A stretch of 64,000 nt of DNA from IMG/VR virus record IMGVR_UViG_3300031087_000514; one strand, given 5' to 3'. This document shows positions 38,668 to 48,364 of this stretch, piece after piece (position 1 is the first letter of the stretch; each line of letters begins with the position of its first letter). The position numbers and the translations under genes are program-made. Below the pieces are notes generated by a model. It did no database searches. It saw nothing but the letters and a program-made list of their open reading frames with translations, and was not told where the DNA came from. This DNA is from a virus (taxonomy: Duplodnaviria > Heunggongvirae > Uroviricota > Caudoviricetes).

Positions 38668-38719
38668 TAAATCAGTGCAGATATGCTATAATTGGTAGTA
38701 ACACAACACACATAACAAA

Positions 38720-38758
38720 AATAAATCAGGCTGAATATCGCAGCCTGATTTATTTTTA
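38720..38758. terminator. bidirectional terminator
   Basis: 11-bp stem aaatcaggctg/cagcctgattt flanked by A/T runs on both sides. Confidence 0.7.
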
Positions 38759-38766
38759 AATCATCC

Positions 38767-39480
38767 TCAATCTTCGCGGATAACACGATTAGGTGAAGTA
38801 ATCGTGTTCGCAGAAGTTGTGACAGTACTAATGGATTCTGTGACTTGACGAATAACAGGGATGGCCTTTGTGCGGATTTTCTCTTGAACCACTGGGATAG
38901 AAGAAGTAATGGTTTCAATCAAGTGAGTATCAACGTTATCAACAGCTGTCTCAGGGATACCATTACGGGCAGCGACTAACAATGTGACTAATGCAATAGA
39001 GTTTGCTACCAGAGTGAAAGACTCTCCTACCATCTGACCATAGAGTCCTGTGTGTAATTCATAACTTAGCCAGATACCACCGCAAACAATCATCAATGCT
39101 TTTGTGATGCTCATACGTTTGAAGAACACAGCCACAGTTCCGACGTAAGCTCCGAATAATGGCAGCATGTTGATGATATGGAAATCATCCCATTTGGCTG
39201 TGAATAAGAAAGCAGCAGTGTGGGCCACTAAGAATCCGACAAGGAAGAACCATTTGTCCAGAATAGGGTATCTTTCAGCTGCAATAGCAACAATGTTGCG
39301 GACAATACCAATGAAGCAAATGATGAGAGCTAATGTAGAATTTGTCATCATGTATTGGGCAGCAACAAGTACGCTGGTGCCTGTCGCAAACAGCAGCATA
39401 CGTCTACGCTGGGTAGATAATCCTGAAATCACTAAAAGAAGTGAAGAAAGAATACCAATAAGAATGACAAGTGAATTCAT
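38767..39480 (-). CDS. polytopic membrane protein (7-8 TM, about 238 aa; size and topology compatible with PnuC-type nicotinamide riboside transporter)
   Basis: Hydropathy only; family assignment not verifiable by eye. Confidence 0.45.
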   Translation of the reverse strand: MNSLVILIGILSSLLLVISGLSTQRRRMLLFATGTSVLVAAQYMMTNSTLALIICFIGIVRNIVAIAAERYPILDKWFFLVGFLVAHTAAFLFTAKWDDFHIINMLPLFGAYVGTVAVFFKRMSITKALMIVCGGIWLSYELHTGLYGQMVGESFTLVANSIALVTLLVAARNGIPETAVDNVDTHLIETITSSIPVVQEKIRTKAIPVIRQVTESISTVTTSANTITSPNRVIRED

Positions 39481-39651
39481 AAGCAAAAAGAAAAGGGTAG
39501 AGGTGAACAGGTTATAGAAACAAAACCACTACAAACGTTTTCGAAAAGAAAAAGCCGCCCGTAGGCAGCCTTGCTTTGGTATGAATAAAATTATCGGTAC
39601 CTAACGTGAAGAAAAGTGCTGTTATCTTGATTTTTCTCCTACTATTATCTT

Positions 39652-39858
39652 ATGAAGTATTCAGCAAATCAGAACGCCATCACTATTGACCTTGATGAAG
39701 CTCGTTATCTTGCAAGGCAGACTCCCAGTTGGAACAACAATACTCTACTGGATGCAAAAATTGCTGCCGCAAAAGCTGTGTTGAAGCTCTATGATGCAGC
39801 GAAAAGTGATTCCAGCATTGGGCGTAAAGTAGCTTATGGTGAGAGCGCTGAACTGTAA
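39652..39858 (+). CDS. hypothetical small protein
   Basis: ORF 68 aa. Confidence 0.4.
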   Translation: MKYSANQNAITIDLDEARYLARQTPSWNNNTLLDAKIAAAKAVLKLYDAAKSDSSIGRKVAYGESAEL

Positions 39859-41340
39859 TTAGGCAGTTGCAATGCGAGCACGAGTGATAACAGTCTGCTC
39901 ATCGCCATTGAATGTGTCCAAGTCTTTGATAGTTGCACTGGATACAGTAAGCATGTCGCCGGCTTTGAACTCTTTCTCTCCGCTTGCCCACCATTTAAGT
40001 TCTTTTCCTTCATCAGTGGTCATAATAAGGAGAGTCTTGTAGCTGTCTCCGACATTAGGGATGTATGTTGGGATGAGCTGAGCTCGCTTTACTGTTACTG
40101 GCACGTTTCTGAGCTTATCGCCAATTTGACCAACATAACCTTGGGCTCTTGGTCGACTTTCACGTTCCTGGCGAGCTTGCTGCTTTTTCGCAGCAGCAAT
40201 AACGGAAACAACGTAGCCAACATGTTTGTAAGAAACATACTCTTGTGAGAGAAGCGTCTTCATGTTACGACCGTAATCATTATCCGTGTCAAAATGAGTG
40301 GTCTCTATTACGGAAGTCGCCGCGGCCTCATGGTCTTCAAGGTTGATATCGTTGTAACGGTTGTTATTGTTGGATGAGAAGAAGAAACTTTTCACTTCGG
40401 AGGCAGTAGAGTCTTGGCCTGTTTCTCTTTCAAGCATACGGGAACGATACTTCTCACCATTGTCTGAAATGGCCAGAGCTGCGGCTACAACGGATTTTGT
40501 TGGCAGCATGCTGTCCTGGCCACCCCAACGACGTTCACCGCGGTCTAAGTAATCGTCACCTTCTTCTGGGTCATAGTTGAGCGCCCACAAAGCTTTCGGA
40601 CGAACTCCTGAAAATGACTCTAAGCAGTTAGAACCGACCTGCTTGTATTCACCTGTGTCTTTGTTGCGAAGCAGGTAAGTTGATGAACGTCTACGATTAC
40701 TTCCACAGTGGTCACATTCAAAATGTTCAGGGGCATAACCGTTGAGTTCCTGACCAGGAACAACACGGGTGAGCATGGCTCCATCTTCTGTTTTGTCTAC
40801 AGCAGCAACAAAATCCCATCCTCCAACATGAAGCTCGGGATAAGTAAGGCTCATACGAACCATGTTAAAACGGTGACCTTCGTTGTCTTCTTCAACGAAG
40901 TGTTCAACTTCATAGTCGAACCGCTCTTCAACTCCTGCGCGGGTCAGTTTTCTGTTCGCAATATCAATACGGTGAACTGCTTCATCTAGCCTGGAAGCAG
41001 GGAAAACTGAAACGCCTTCTACCTTCTCTTCCACTGAGGCACGTAAACGTTCGCCATCTTCTAACAGCTGCTGGTATTTCTCTTTCTCAGTCCAGTCGTT
41101 GGTCTCAGCAACTTTGTTAGTGAAGAACTCTTGACCACTGTCTGTGGCTGCGTACTCTACGGAGGCTTCTTTGAGTTTTTCTGATAGAGTGTAACGATCT
41201 TGGATGTCAGTGGTCTCTTCTAACTGGGAAGATAAAGCACGGAACTTCTCTTCAACGCGATCTAAGTAAGAAGCGTGTGTTGCACCATGGTAGCGGCAGG
41301 CAGCTTTATTGATTGCTCTGCATTCACGTGTAGTAGTCAT
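39859..41340 (-). CDS. large hypothetical protein with N-terminal C-x7-C-x2-H motif and internal CDHCGS zinc-finger-like cluster
   Basis: N-term MTTTRECRAINKAACRYHGATH; GTTAG box immediately 5' of the ATG (plus 41341-41354, minus strand). Confidence 0.55.
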   Translation of the reverse strand: MTTTRECRAINKAACRYHGATHASYLDRVEEKFRALSSQLEETTDIQDRYTLSEKLKEASVEYAATDSGQEFFTNKVAETNDWTEKEKYQQLLEDGERLRASVEEKVEGVSVFPASRLDEAVHRIDIANRKLTRAGVEERFDYEVEHFVEEDNEGHRFNMVRMSLTYPELHVGGWDFVAAVDKTEDGAMLTRVVPGQELNGYAPEHFECDHCGSNRRRSSTYLLRNKDTGEYKQVGSNCLESFSGVRPKALWALNYDPEEGDDYLDRGERRWGGQDSMLPTKSVVAAALAISDNGEKYRSRMLERETGQDSTASEVKSFFFSSNNNNRYNDINLEDHEAAATSVIETTHFDTDNDYGRNMKTLLSQEYVSYKHVGYVVSVIAAAKKQQARQERESRPRAQGYVGQIGDKLRNVPVTVKRAQLIPTYIPNVGDSYKTLLIMTTDEGKELKWWASGEKEFKAGDMLTVSSATIKDLDTFNGDEQTVITRARIATA

Positions 41341-41409
41341 GTTCTATTTCTAACCAGCGAATCTCACAAAAAACCTTGATTAAGGTGTTTCGGTACGATA
41401 TTATAAAGG

Positions 41410-41440
41410 TTGCCGTTATACATTTGTTATAATTATTTCC
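41410..41440 (+). promoter_or_regulatory. extended -10 promoter (TGtTATAAT) upstream of the NlpC/P60 gene
   Basis: ttgttataat at 41425-41434. Confidence 0.35.
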
Positions 41441-41463
41441 AATTATCCCTACAGAAACAATTT

Positions 41464-42177
41464 ATGAGTACCACTTTACTGTCACCTATTTTTGCCATTT
41501 CGACTATTATTTCCACTGCCACTGTTCCGATCAACACTGTTCCAGCCCAGCAAGAAGTACCGACTGTTGATACCAGTGTTATTTACCAGACAACCGAAGA
41601 AGACGCTCAAACATACAACGTCGCTTCAAACGTTACAGAAGAAGACACCTCCCGTGATTCTTATACAGTGAAAGAAGCCCCTAAGCCTGTCACAGCTACT
41701 CCGACAGCCGTTTCTTCCAAAACTACTTCTATTCCTATTCAACACTCAGCGTTGACACAATCTACTGCTGCTCAGCAGACAACCACTGCCGCCTCAGCAT
41801 CTGGTACTACAAAAGAACGCATTGTTCAGTTAGCCCTTCAATATAAGGGAGTTCCATATGTGTTTGGTGGAGAGAACCCATCAGGTTGGGACTGCTCTGG
41901 TTACGTCAAGTGGGTTACCGCTAATGTAACTGGTATCAACTTCTCCCATGGTGTTAGTGCAGAAGCTCACTCTCAGTACACTCACGAGGTAACTCGTGCA
42001 GCTGCACAGCCAGGTGACTTTGTTGTCTTCTCTGGCACCGGTGGTTCTGAATACCACATTGGAATTTACTTAGGTAATGGACGTATGGTACATGCATCCA
42101 AGCCTGGTGATTTCACCAAAGAATCCATCATTGACTGGCCTGGAAGCAGTGTGCGTTTCTACTCATTGAACGGCTAA
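41464..42177 (+). CDS. NlpC/P60 (CHAP-like) cell-wall peptidase with N-terminal signal/TM and Ser/Thr-rich linker
   Basis: WDCSGYVKWV Cys and HIGIYLGNGRMVHAS His motifs. Confidence 0.7.
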   Translation: MSTTLLSPIFAISTIISTATVPINTVPAQQEVPTVDTSVIYQTTEEDAQTYNVASNVTEEDTSRDSYTVKEAPKPVTATPTAVSSKTTSIPIQHSALTQSTAAQQTTTAASASGTTKERIVQLALQYKGVPYVFGGENPSGWDCSGYVKWVTANVTGINFSHGVSAEAHSQYTHEVTRAAAQPGDFVVFSGTGGSEYHIGIYLGNGRMVHASKPGDFTKESIIDWPGSSVRFYSLNG

Positions 42178-42197
42178 CAACTCGTTAGTAATAGTGT

Positions 42198-43100
42198 ATG
42201 AGTACACAAACAAATCGCTGCCGAGCAAAGCACCCAGAAACATGTTGGAAGCACGGAACCGGGTTAGGCTTTGATGCCAACCGTGAAATCCGTCTTGTTA
42301 TGAAACAAGATCAAGCTTTACACAGCAAGCATGACATCTTCATGAAAGCCATGAAAACATATGACAGTACCCATCTGGCATCTGTTCTCATGGCTTTTGC
42401 TGAAAACTCCTCCACCGTCAATACCGAACGTTTCAAGAAAGCATTGCTTCTTGCTACTGATCTTCACAAGACTGACACTCGAGCTAACCGTGCGCATCAC
42501 GACCGCACACCATACATCGAACACCCTCTTCGTAACACTCTTCGTATCGTACGATACGGCTGTAAAGAAGAAAGTGTCCTTGTTGGATCACTCCTCCATG
42601 ACACCGTAGAGGACCATCCTTGGGAAATTGCACGTAACTACGCAAAAGAAGAACCACGTGATGAACACCATGCTCGTGAAATTGCTTACGACTACATTCG
42701 TAAAACATACGGTAAACGAGCTGCAAAAATTGTTGAAGGCATGTCTAACCCAATTATTGAGAACAAGTATATGCCAGCTGGTGAAAAGAACGTCATCTAC
42801 CGTGACCATGTTCTTGAAGCAATTGAAGACCCAGATGTCGCTATCCCAAAGATTTCTGACTTCACTGACAACGCTCTTTCCTTACACCACACCGAAGCTG
42901 GCATGTCAGCTACATCATTGTACAAGAAATCCACTAAGTATTTGATGGTTATTGACGGCATGATTTCACGAGTCAAGCGAGGATATGTAACAAAAGACCT
43001 TCCTATCTCAGAAGAAGGTTATAAGAACATTCTCTTCCAGCTTGAAGAAGGCAAGCTACGTTTGCTGTTCCTTAATAGAAAATATACTCCTGTCAAATGA
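42198..43100 (+). CDS. RelA/SpoT-type HD-domain (p)ppGpp hydrolase (small alarmone hydrolase) with N-terminal C-x7-C-x2-H motif
   Basis: RTPYIEHPL and SLLHDTVEDH HD motifs; N-term CRAKHPETCWKHG; GTTAG box 42184-42197. Confidence 0.7.
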   Translation: MSTQTNRCRAKHPETCWKHGTGLGFDANREIRLVMKQDQALHSKHDIFMKAMKTYDSTHLASVLMAFAENSSTVNTERFKKALLLATDLHKTDTRANRAHHDRTPYIEHPLRNTLRIVRYGCKEESVLVGSLLHDTVEDHPWEIARNYAKEEPRDEHHAREIAYDYIRKTYGKRAAKIVEGMSNPIIENKYMPAGEKNVIYRDHVLEAIEDPDVAIPKISDFTDNALSLHHTEAGMSATSLYKKSTKYLMVIDGMISRVKRGYVTKDLPISEEGYKNILFQLEEGKLRLLFLNRKYTPVK

Positions 43101-43330
43101 TGAGTATACTCCTTCATACAGATGGGCACGGTTCGTTCTGGCAAGAGTTTATCTCAATTGCTACGGACCCTGCCCATCTGTTATTCGAGCTGATCTTCTC
43201 AGTATTATTTGATGTAGTATTAGTCTCAGTCATTTGGGGTGTCATCATCAAGAAAATCATTATCCCCAAATTAAAACGCGATGTTCATCGTGAAATTGAT
43301 GCTGAACATGGGTTGAAGCCTCACGATTGA
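43097..43330 (+). CDS. small membrane protein
   Basis: ATGA overlap; 2 TM. Confidence 0.4.
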   Translation: MMSILLHTDGHGSFWQEFISIATDPAHLLFELIFSVLFDVVLVSVIWGVIIKKIIIPKLKRDVHREIDAEHGLKPHD

Positions 43331-44769
43331 TGAGCAGCTTTACTTCGTATAATTCCCCAGATGAATAAACCTGTGGCAGTAACAGTGAGCAACAATCCAG
43401 TTACTGTAATAGCGGAATGGAATTGCAAATGGATGAGGGTACTTTCCATGGCTTTTCCAGTGAATACGTTAGCTGGGATGAAAGCAGATAAGATAGCTCC
43501 GGCTACTGTAATGCTTACAGCTGCACATATCTGTGAAATGGTATCAACCAGCGCCGAGCCTGTTGATGTGTGAGTATGGGGTAGTCCTCGGAAAACACTC
43601 ATACCAGCAACTAAACCATTCACACGCACTCCTGCTGCGATGAGGATAAGGGATACCGCGATCCAGCCATAGCTGATAGGGCTACCGAACGTGTAAACCA
43701 GCATGCCTACGATAATGGATAGCCCACTGTATAAAGAAGCTTTTTGATTACCGAAACGTTCTACTATTTTGTTGACCAGTGGACCAACAGCCAGCAACGT
43801 AATCACTTGTGGGAGTAGCCCTAATGCAGCGAGTACTGGACTCCAATGATAATCCAGTTGCAGTTGTAACATCACAACATAGCCCAGTCCAGCTGTAATG
43901 ATGCTGGTGCTTGCTTTGTACAGCAATCCACTAGAAACTAATGGTAGTCTCAAAAGACTAAATGGGATTAGAGGGTTTTGAGATTTTTTCTCTTGCTTTA
44001 CGAAAAAGGCTCCAAATAACACTGCGCTTGCTGTGAGACTCCAGAATTCCCATGAGATAGCACCATACTGTGCAGCAGCGTCAAGGAGTAGCAAAACTGA
44101 TACGATTGCTAATGTGCCAAAGGTACCTCCAGCTACATCTAAGGGCTTCCGAATACTTTTTTGATTTCGCCATTCAGGAAGGCTGAGATATAAACTGAGG
44201 AATGCTACAGCTGCAATAGGAATGTTGACCAGTATCAGAAACTCCCATGATGCAACTGCTAACACAGCCCCGCCAATAGTTGGTCCGATGCTCAGTCCGA
44301 CCAACCCGACTGTTGAGATGAAAGTCATCGCACGCATTTGCAGCGATTCACTATTGAACAGCTTGAAGGTTAGCGACAAAGTAAGAGGAGTTGTCATTGC
44401 TGCGGCTAAGCCCATCAGCGCCCTCACCGCTATCAGTTCGTAGATGTTCGTGACATCTACGACGAATAAGCTTGACACTCCGAGAAGTGCTAACCCACTC
44501 AGCATGAGCTTTTTGGGACTGAATTGGTCAGCGATAGACCCGAATAACAGCATAAGACTTCCGAAGATGACAGAGTAGGCACTGGTAGCGAGACTTAATG
44601 AGGAGGTAGAAGCGTTGAGAGTTTTCCCAATAGTCGGTAACGCTACTGTCAATACTGAATTATCAAGCATTTCAAACAGGAACACGATGGATAACCCTGT
44701 AAGAGCAAGCCAGTTCTGTTTGAGAGATTGGGGTTGTTCCACAATAAAATGTTTTTGGAGACGGTTCAT
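43321..44769 (-). CDS. MFS transporter, DHA2 (EmrB/QacA) 14-TM drug:H+ antiporter family
   Basis: MLDNSVLTVALPTIGKTL signature and about 14 hydrophobic segments. Confidence 0.8.
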   Translation of the reverse strand: MNRLQKHFIVEQPQSLKQNWLALTGLSIVFLFEMLDNSVLTVALPTIGKTLNASTSSLSLATSAYSVIFGSLMLLFGSIADQFSPKKLMLSGLALLGVSSLFVVDVTNIYELIAVRALMGLAAAMTTPLTLSLTFKLFNSESLQMRAMTFISTVGLVGLSIGPTIGGAVLAVASWEFLILVNIPIAAVAFLSLYLSLPEWRNQKSIRKPLDVAGGTFGTLAIVSVLLLLDAAAQYGAISWEFWSLTASAVLFGAFFVKQEKKSQNPLIPFSLLRLPLVSSGLLYKASTSIITAGLGYVVMLQLQLDYHWSPVLAALGLLPQVITLLAVGPLVNKIVERFGNQKASLYSGLSIIVGMLVYTFGSPISYGWIAVSLILIAAGVRVNGLVAGMSVFRGLPHTHTSTGSALVDTISQICAAVSITVAGAILSAFIPANVFTGKAMESTLIHLQFHSAITVTGLLLTVTATGLFIWGIIRSKAAHQS

Positions 44770-44897
44770 TAGTATGCACCTTAGAAATTTTGTAAGGTGA
44801 CAGAAATACTTTGACCGTGTACGTGGATGTGCTTTTTCTTCACATCTTTTTACCTTGTAGTTATTATTCTAACATGAATAGTGAAGAGAAATGTAAT

Positions 44898-44921
44898 ACG
44901 CGTGAAAAACGCGTGAAAAAC
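44898..44921. repeat. tandem 11-bp direct repeat (cgcgtgaaaaa x2) in divergent promoter region
   Basis: acgcgtgaaaaacgcgtgaaaaac. Confidence 0.5.
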
Positions 44922-44987
44922 ACAACCTTTGGTTTATATTTTTACCGATAATATTAGCACTTTTAGCAGTGTCGTAAGGGGAAGCGT

Positions 44988-46394
44988 ATGATTGCTAAGC
45001 TTATTAAATCGTCACGAGGTGCTATTGACCTGGCCTCTATACTCGTAGCGGTCATTATTGTTGGCCTTATTTCTGGTGTTGTTTCTGTTAGCGTCTTTGC
45101 TGTCATTCCATGGACTCATGATAACGCCGCTAAGACTCATCTTGGCTCTATCGCTGTAGCGCAAGCTTCTTACAAAGGAGCCTATGAAAAATACGGGGAC
45201 TATAAAGGATTAGTCAAAGAAGAGCTTCTTCCTGTACGAGAAAAAACTTGCTCAGTTACTTCAAACCAAGGTAGAACCTATACCTCAGCCACACAATCAC
45301 CTACAGGCAAAGTCTTCATCAATACGAATACTGTTTCTCAGCCATGGCAAGCAGCGGTCGGTGAAACTACCTGTTTAGGGACAGTGAAAGAAAACAACGA
45401 ATTAGAGCCACTGCCACCAGCTACTGAACCAACTCCTACGGTTCCAACGGTAACTCCGAAACCAGGTACGGAAAGCAGTTTTACACTGCGTTGCGATAAA
45501 ACAACTTCAATGCTTTTACCAACAGCATCAGTAAATGCATCAGCGCAATGGAGTGATGGTGTGGAACAGTCCGCGACAACGGGTTCGTTCAATCAACGAA
45601 CACTTGCCGCAGGCGTGACCTATAAAGTTACGATTACTGGGACGTTTGGGGTGCTGAGTATGCTTCCCCTGAATATTGACCAAAAGAATTGTGTTCGGTC
45701 GATGGATTTATGGGGTTCTGCCAGTGCTACTGTTGTAGCTGATTATGCTTTTGCCGGGGCTAATAATTTGACTTCTATCCCTCAGAACATTCCAGCAACA
45801 GTCACCTCAGTAGCGGGTATGTTCCAATCTAATAAGACATTCAATCAGGATTTGAGTACATGGGATACTGCAAACATCAAAAATATGAGCAATATGTTCA
45901 ATGACTCAATATACACGAAGTCATTGAATAGTTGGAACGTTTCTAATGCTACAAATCTCAGTTTTATGTTTGCAAGTTCCTCCTACAACCAACCATTAGA
46001 TAATTGGAAAACGGCTAATGTTCTTAGCATGGAGGGGATGTTCCAGAACAATCTTGTGTTCAATCAAAATATTTCCAGCTGGAATACCACAAATTTGACT
46101 TCCACTGCATCTATGTTTGCAGGAGCTAAACTGTTCAATCAGCCATTGAACACTTGGACCGTGAATAATGTTGTCAATATGAATAGCATGTTCAAAAATG
46201 CTACAAGCTTCAATCAGCCATTGAACAACTGGAATACATCTAAGGTGACAAACGTCAGTGGTATGTTCTTGAATGCCTCATCATTTAGTCAAAATCTTAG
46301 TGGATGGAAACTCCCTAATATTCTTGTATTCCTTGATTTTGCTCTGGGAAGTAAACTCAACATACTTCAATTACCAAAACTGCCAATCTTATAG
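44988..46394 (+). CDS. membrane-anchored surface protein with about 7 DUF285 (BspA-type) repeats
   Basis: N-terminal signal-anchor, Pro/Thr linker, repeated F-NQ-L--W-T-N---M--MF units. Confidence 0.65.
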   Translation: MIAKLIKSSRGAIDLASILVAVIIVGLISGVVSVSVFAVIPWTHDNAAKTHLGSIAVAQASYKGAYEKYGDYKGLVKEELLPVREKTCSVTSNQGRTYTSATQSPTGKVFINTNTVSQPWQAAVGETTCLGTVKENNELEPLPPATEPTPTVPTVTPKPGTESSFTLRCDKTTSMLLPTASVNASAQWSDGVEQSATTGSFNQRTLAAGVTYKVTITGTFGVLSMLPLNIDQKNCVRSMDLWGSASATVVADYAFAGANNLTSIPQNIPATVTSVAGMFQSNKTFNQDLSTWDTANIKNMSNMFNDSIYTKSLNSWNVSNATNLSFMFASSSYNQPLDNWKTANVLSMEGMFQNNLVFNQNISSWNTTNLTSTASMFAGAKLFNQPLNTWTVNNVVNMNSMFKNATSFNQPLNNWNTSKVTNVSGMFLNASSFSQNLSGWKLPNILVFLDFALGSKLNILQLPKLPIL

Positions 46395-46403
46395 AAATTT
46401 AAT

Positions 46404-46445
46404 TCTCTGCCCCCAGTAGGAGGGGGCAGAGTGTCATTATCTTAT
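46404..46445 (+). terminator. hairpin terminator
   Basis: 10-bp GC stem ctctgccccc/gggggcagag. Confidence 0.55.
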
Positions 46446-46515
46446 GTCGTGCCCGATACTCCAAATATGTGAGCTTCCCTCTATTTTCACTTATCCTTGA
46501 AAGGACCCGAGCACC

Positions 46516-47637
46516 ATGGATAGTGTACCATCCCCAGTTAAAACAATTTCATTAGTATTTCAAAGTTCCCGCGCTGCCATAGACTTAGCCTCCATCATGG
46601 TTGGTGTCATCATCATTGGCCTTATTGGTAGTGTCATTGGCGCAACGGTTTTTGCAGTCATTCCCTGGGCGCAGGACAATGCAGCCCGAGCCTCCCTTTC
46701 CCAAGTCCGAACAGCAGAAGATGCTCAAAGAGGACTCAAAGAAAAATATGCTGGGCATGAAGCACTCAGCGATAATGGATTTTTACAAAGCCAACCAGGT
46801 CTAGCTGTTCGCACTAACGACGCTGGTACCTGCTATGTTGGCGTTATTGTTTCAGCAACAGGAAACATGTTCTGGACTTCGGACAAAACAGGCATAGCTG
46901 CTTATAAGAGCACAGCGCTACCAACCAGTCCTTGCTTAGATGTCACAGGACCAGGTAACTTAGCTGCTGTAACTTCACCTACTACTGGTGGAACAGCTGC
47001 TTCTGTTGCTTCGAAAGTTACAGAAGACGGTGCTGGAAGTTATGAAACAAACGGTTCAGGGGGTTCTTCAACCTCATTATCTGGTCGTGCATGGTATGCC
47101 TACTATCGTGGCTCTTTCAACGAAAAGCAAAATGCTTCTCTTCCCTTACTCAAACAGCTTACTGGAGAACAAGTAACACCAACAACATCAGCTCAGCATA
47201 CAAACTTATGGCTCAACGTCTACCACGTTCATGCTTATGCTGATGGCAAAGAACTGAAAGTATCTGGAGATAATGATGCAGTAGACCATCCATACACAGG
47301 GTTTGACATCAATATTTCTTACGATAAAATCAATAACACCATTTTGTATTACTTCCATAACAACGCAGGGACTTCTGTGATTGGTGATAATAGCGATGCA
47401 ACTATGACCAGGTTATGGAAAAATGGCTATGTTACATTTGAAGTGCCAGGATACACAGGAACAAACGTATTGCACTTCAATGCTCAAAACCCTCGTTCAT
47501 CTGACCCAAGTAACACTAACCGTCTTTCCGATTGGACAGGAACACTCAAATGTGGTGAGGGATACGGTAATGATAATAACTGTGCAAGTTTGAGCAGTTA
47601 CGGATACAACTGGCAGAGCATTATTCCTAAATCCTAA
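46516..47637 (+). CDS. membrane-anchored surface protein, paralogous N-terminus to 44988..46394, different C-terminal domain
   Basis: Shared RAAIDLASIMVGVIIIGLIGSV...AVIPWAQDNAA anchor. Confidence 0.55.
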   Translation: MDSVPSPVKTISLVFQSSRAAIDLASIMVGVIIIGLIGSVIGATVFAVIPWAQDNAARASLSQVRTAEDAQRGLKEKYAGHEALSDNGFLQSQPGLAVRTNDAGTCYVGVIVSATGNMFWTSDKTGIAAYKSTALPTSPCLDVTGPGNLAAVTSPTTGGTAASVASKVTEDGAGSYETNGSGGSSTSLSGRAWYAYYRGSFNEKQNASLPLLKQLTGEQVTPTTSAQHTNLWLNVYHVHAYADGKELKVSGDNDAVDHPYTGFDINISYDKINNTILYYFHNNAGTSVIGDNSDATMTRLWKNGYVTFEVPGYTGTNVLHFNAQNPRSSDPSNTNRLSDWTGTLKCGEGYGNDNNCASLSSYGYNWQSIIPKS

Positions 47638-47644
47638 GCATCTC

Positions 47645-47715
47645 AGCATGTCTTCACTATACTTGACAACTCCAATAACTCTGTGGTATAGTGAAGACAT
47701 GCTGAATGTTTGACA
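47645..47715. terminator. 18-bp inverted repeat (terminator-like, long loop)
   Basis: cagcatgtcttcactata / tatagtgaagacatgctg. Confidence 0.5.
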
Positions 47716-47732
47716 TATTTCTTGATTAGATA

Positions 47733-48265
47733 ACCTCTCCATATAAGAGATGGTTCACTCGCAAACCCTGCGTTGAGGTACCCTCCGCCAGCTCATTGAC
47801 GAAAGTCACAGTTTGCTGGGTGAAGCTATCCCGTTGTTTAACGACAAGTATGCAGATGTCTTAGATGGAATTTTCAGAAAGCAGAAATATCAGAAAGCAA
47901 CAGCATTCTTTGAGTTCTATGGGGAGAACAGCTTCGCAGGATTCCATGAAGATGAGCCTCACGATGTGACACTTTTCGATGTACATATTTATAAGCACGG
48001 TCTGATGTCACCTCAGGAGTTCAACAAGGTCTTCAAGCATGTTGACACCGCGCCCTTACTTTTTCAAGGGAAGCCAACTGCTGAGTTTGTTGAATCTGTT
48101 CAGGAAGGCACCTTAGAAGGCATGACCTTTGAGGGTGTTGTCTGCAAAGCAGGTTATGATAATCGGAACAAGTTAGCTTCATTCAAAATCAAGAATAAAG
48201 CTTGGTTAACTCGCTTGAAAGATAAGTGTGGGAATGATGAGAAAATGTTCACCGCGTTAGCATAA
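47733..48265 (+). pseudogene. decayed nucleotidyltransferase ligase: out-of-frame motif I remnant (IRDGSL, 47733-47753) plus ORF carrying motifs IIIa/IV/V (TLFDVHI, EGVVCK, KIKNKAW)
   Basis: No in-frame start or lysine nucleophile; TTG-only ORF 47813-48265. Confidence 0.4.
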
Positions 48266-48278
48266 AGTTGCTGTGTGA

Positions 48279-48322
48279 AAAGAACCTCTTAGCTCTGGCT
48301 AAGAGGTTCTTTTCTTCTTTTA
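48279..48322 (+). terminator. rho-independent terminator
   Basis: Stem aaagaacctcttagc/ctaagaggttcttt followed by tcttctttt. Confidence 0.8.
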
Positions 48323-48364
48323 CTACTGATAGTATATAGATGGGACATAGAAGAAGGAAACCCA

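Noticed and set aside
41410-41463. longer N-terminal extension of the NlpC/P60 gene starting at 41410
   Set aside because: The extension overlaps an extended -10 promoter (ttgttataat) and the hydrophobic signal begins at the 41464 Met.
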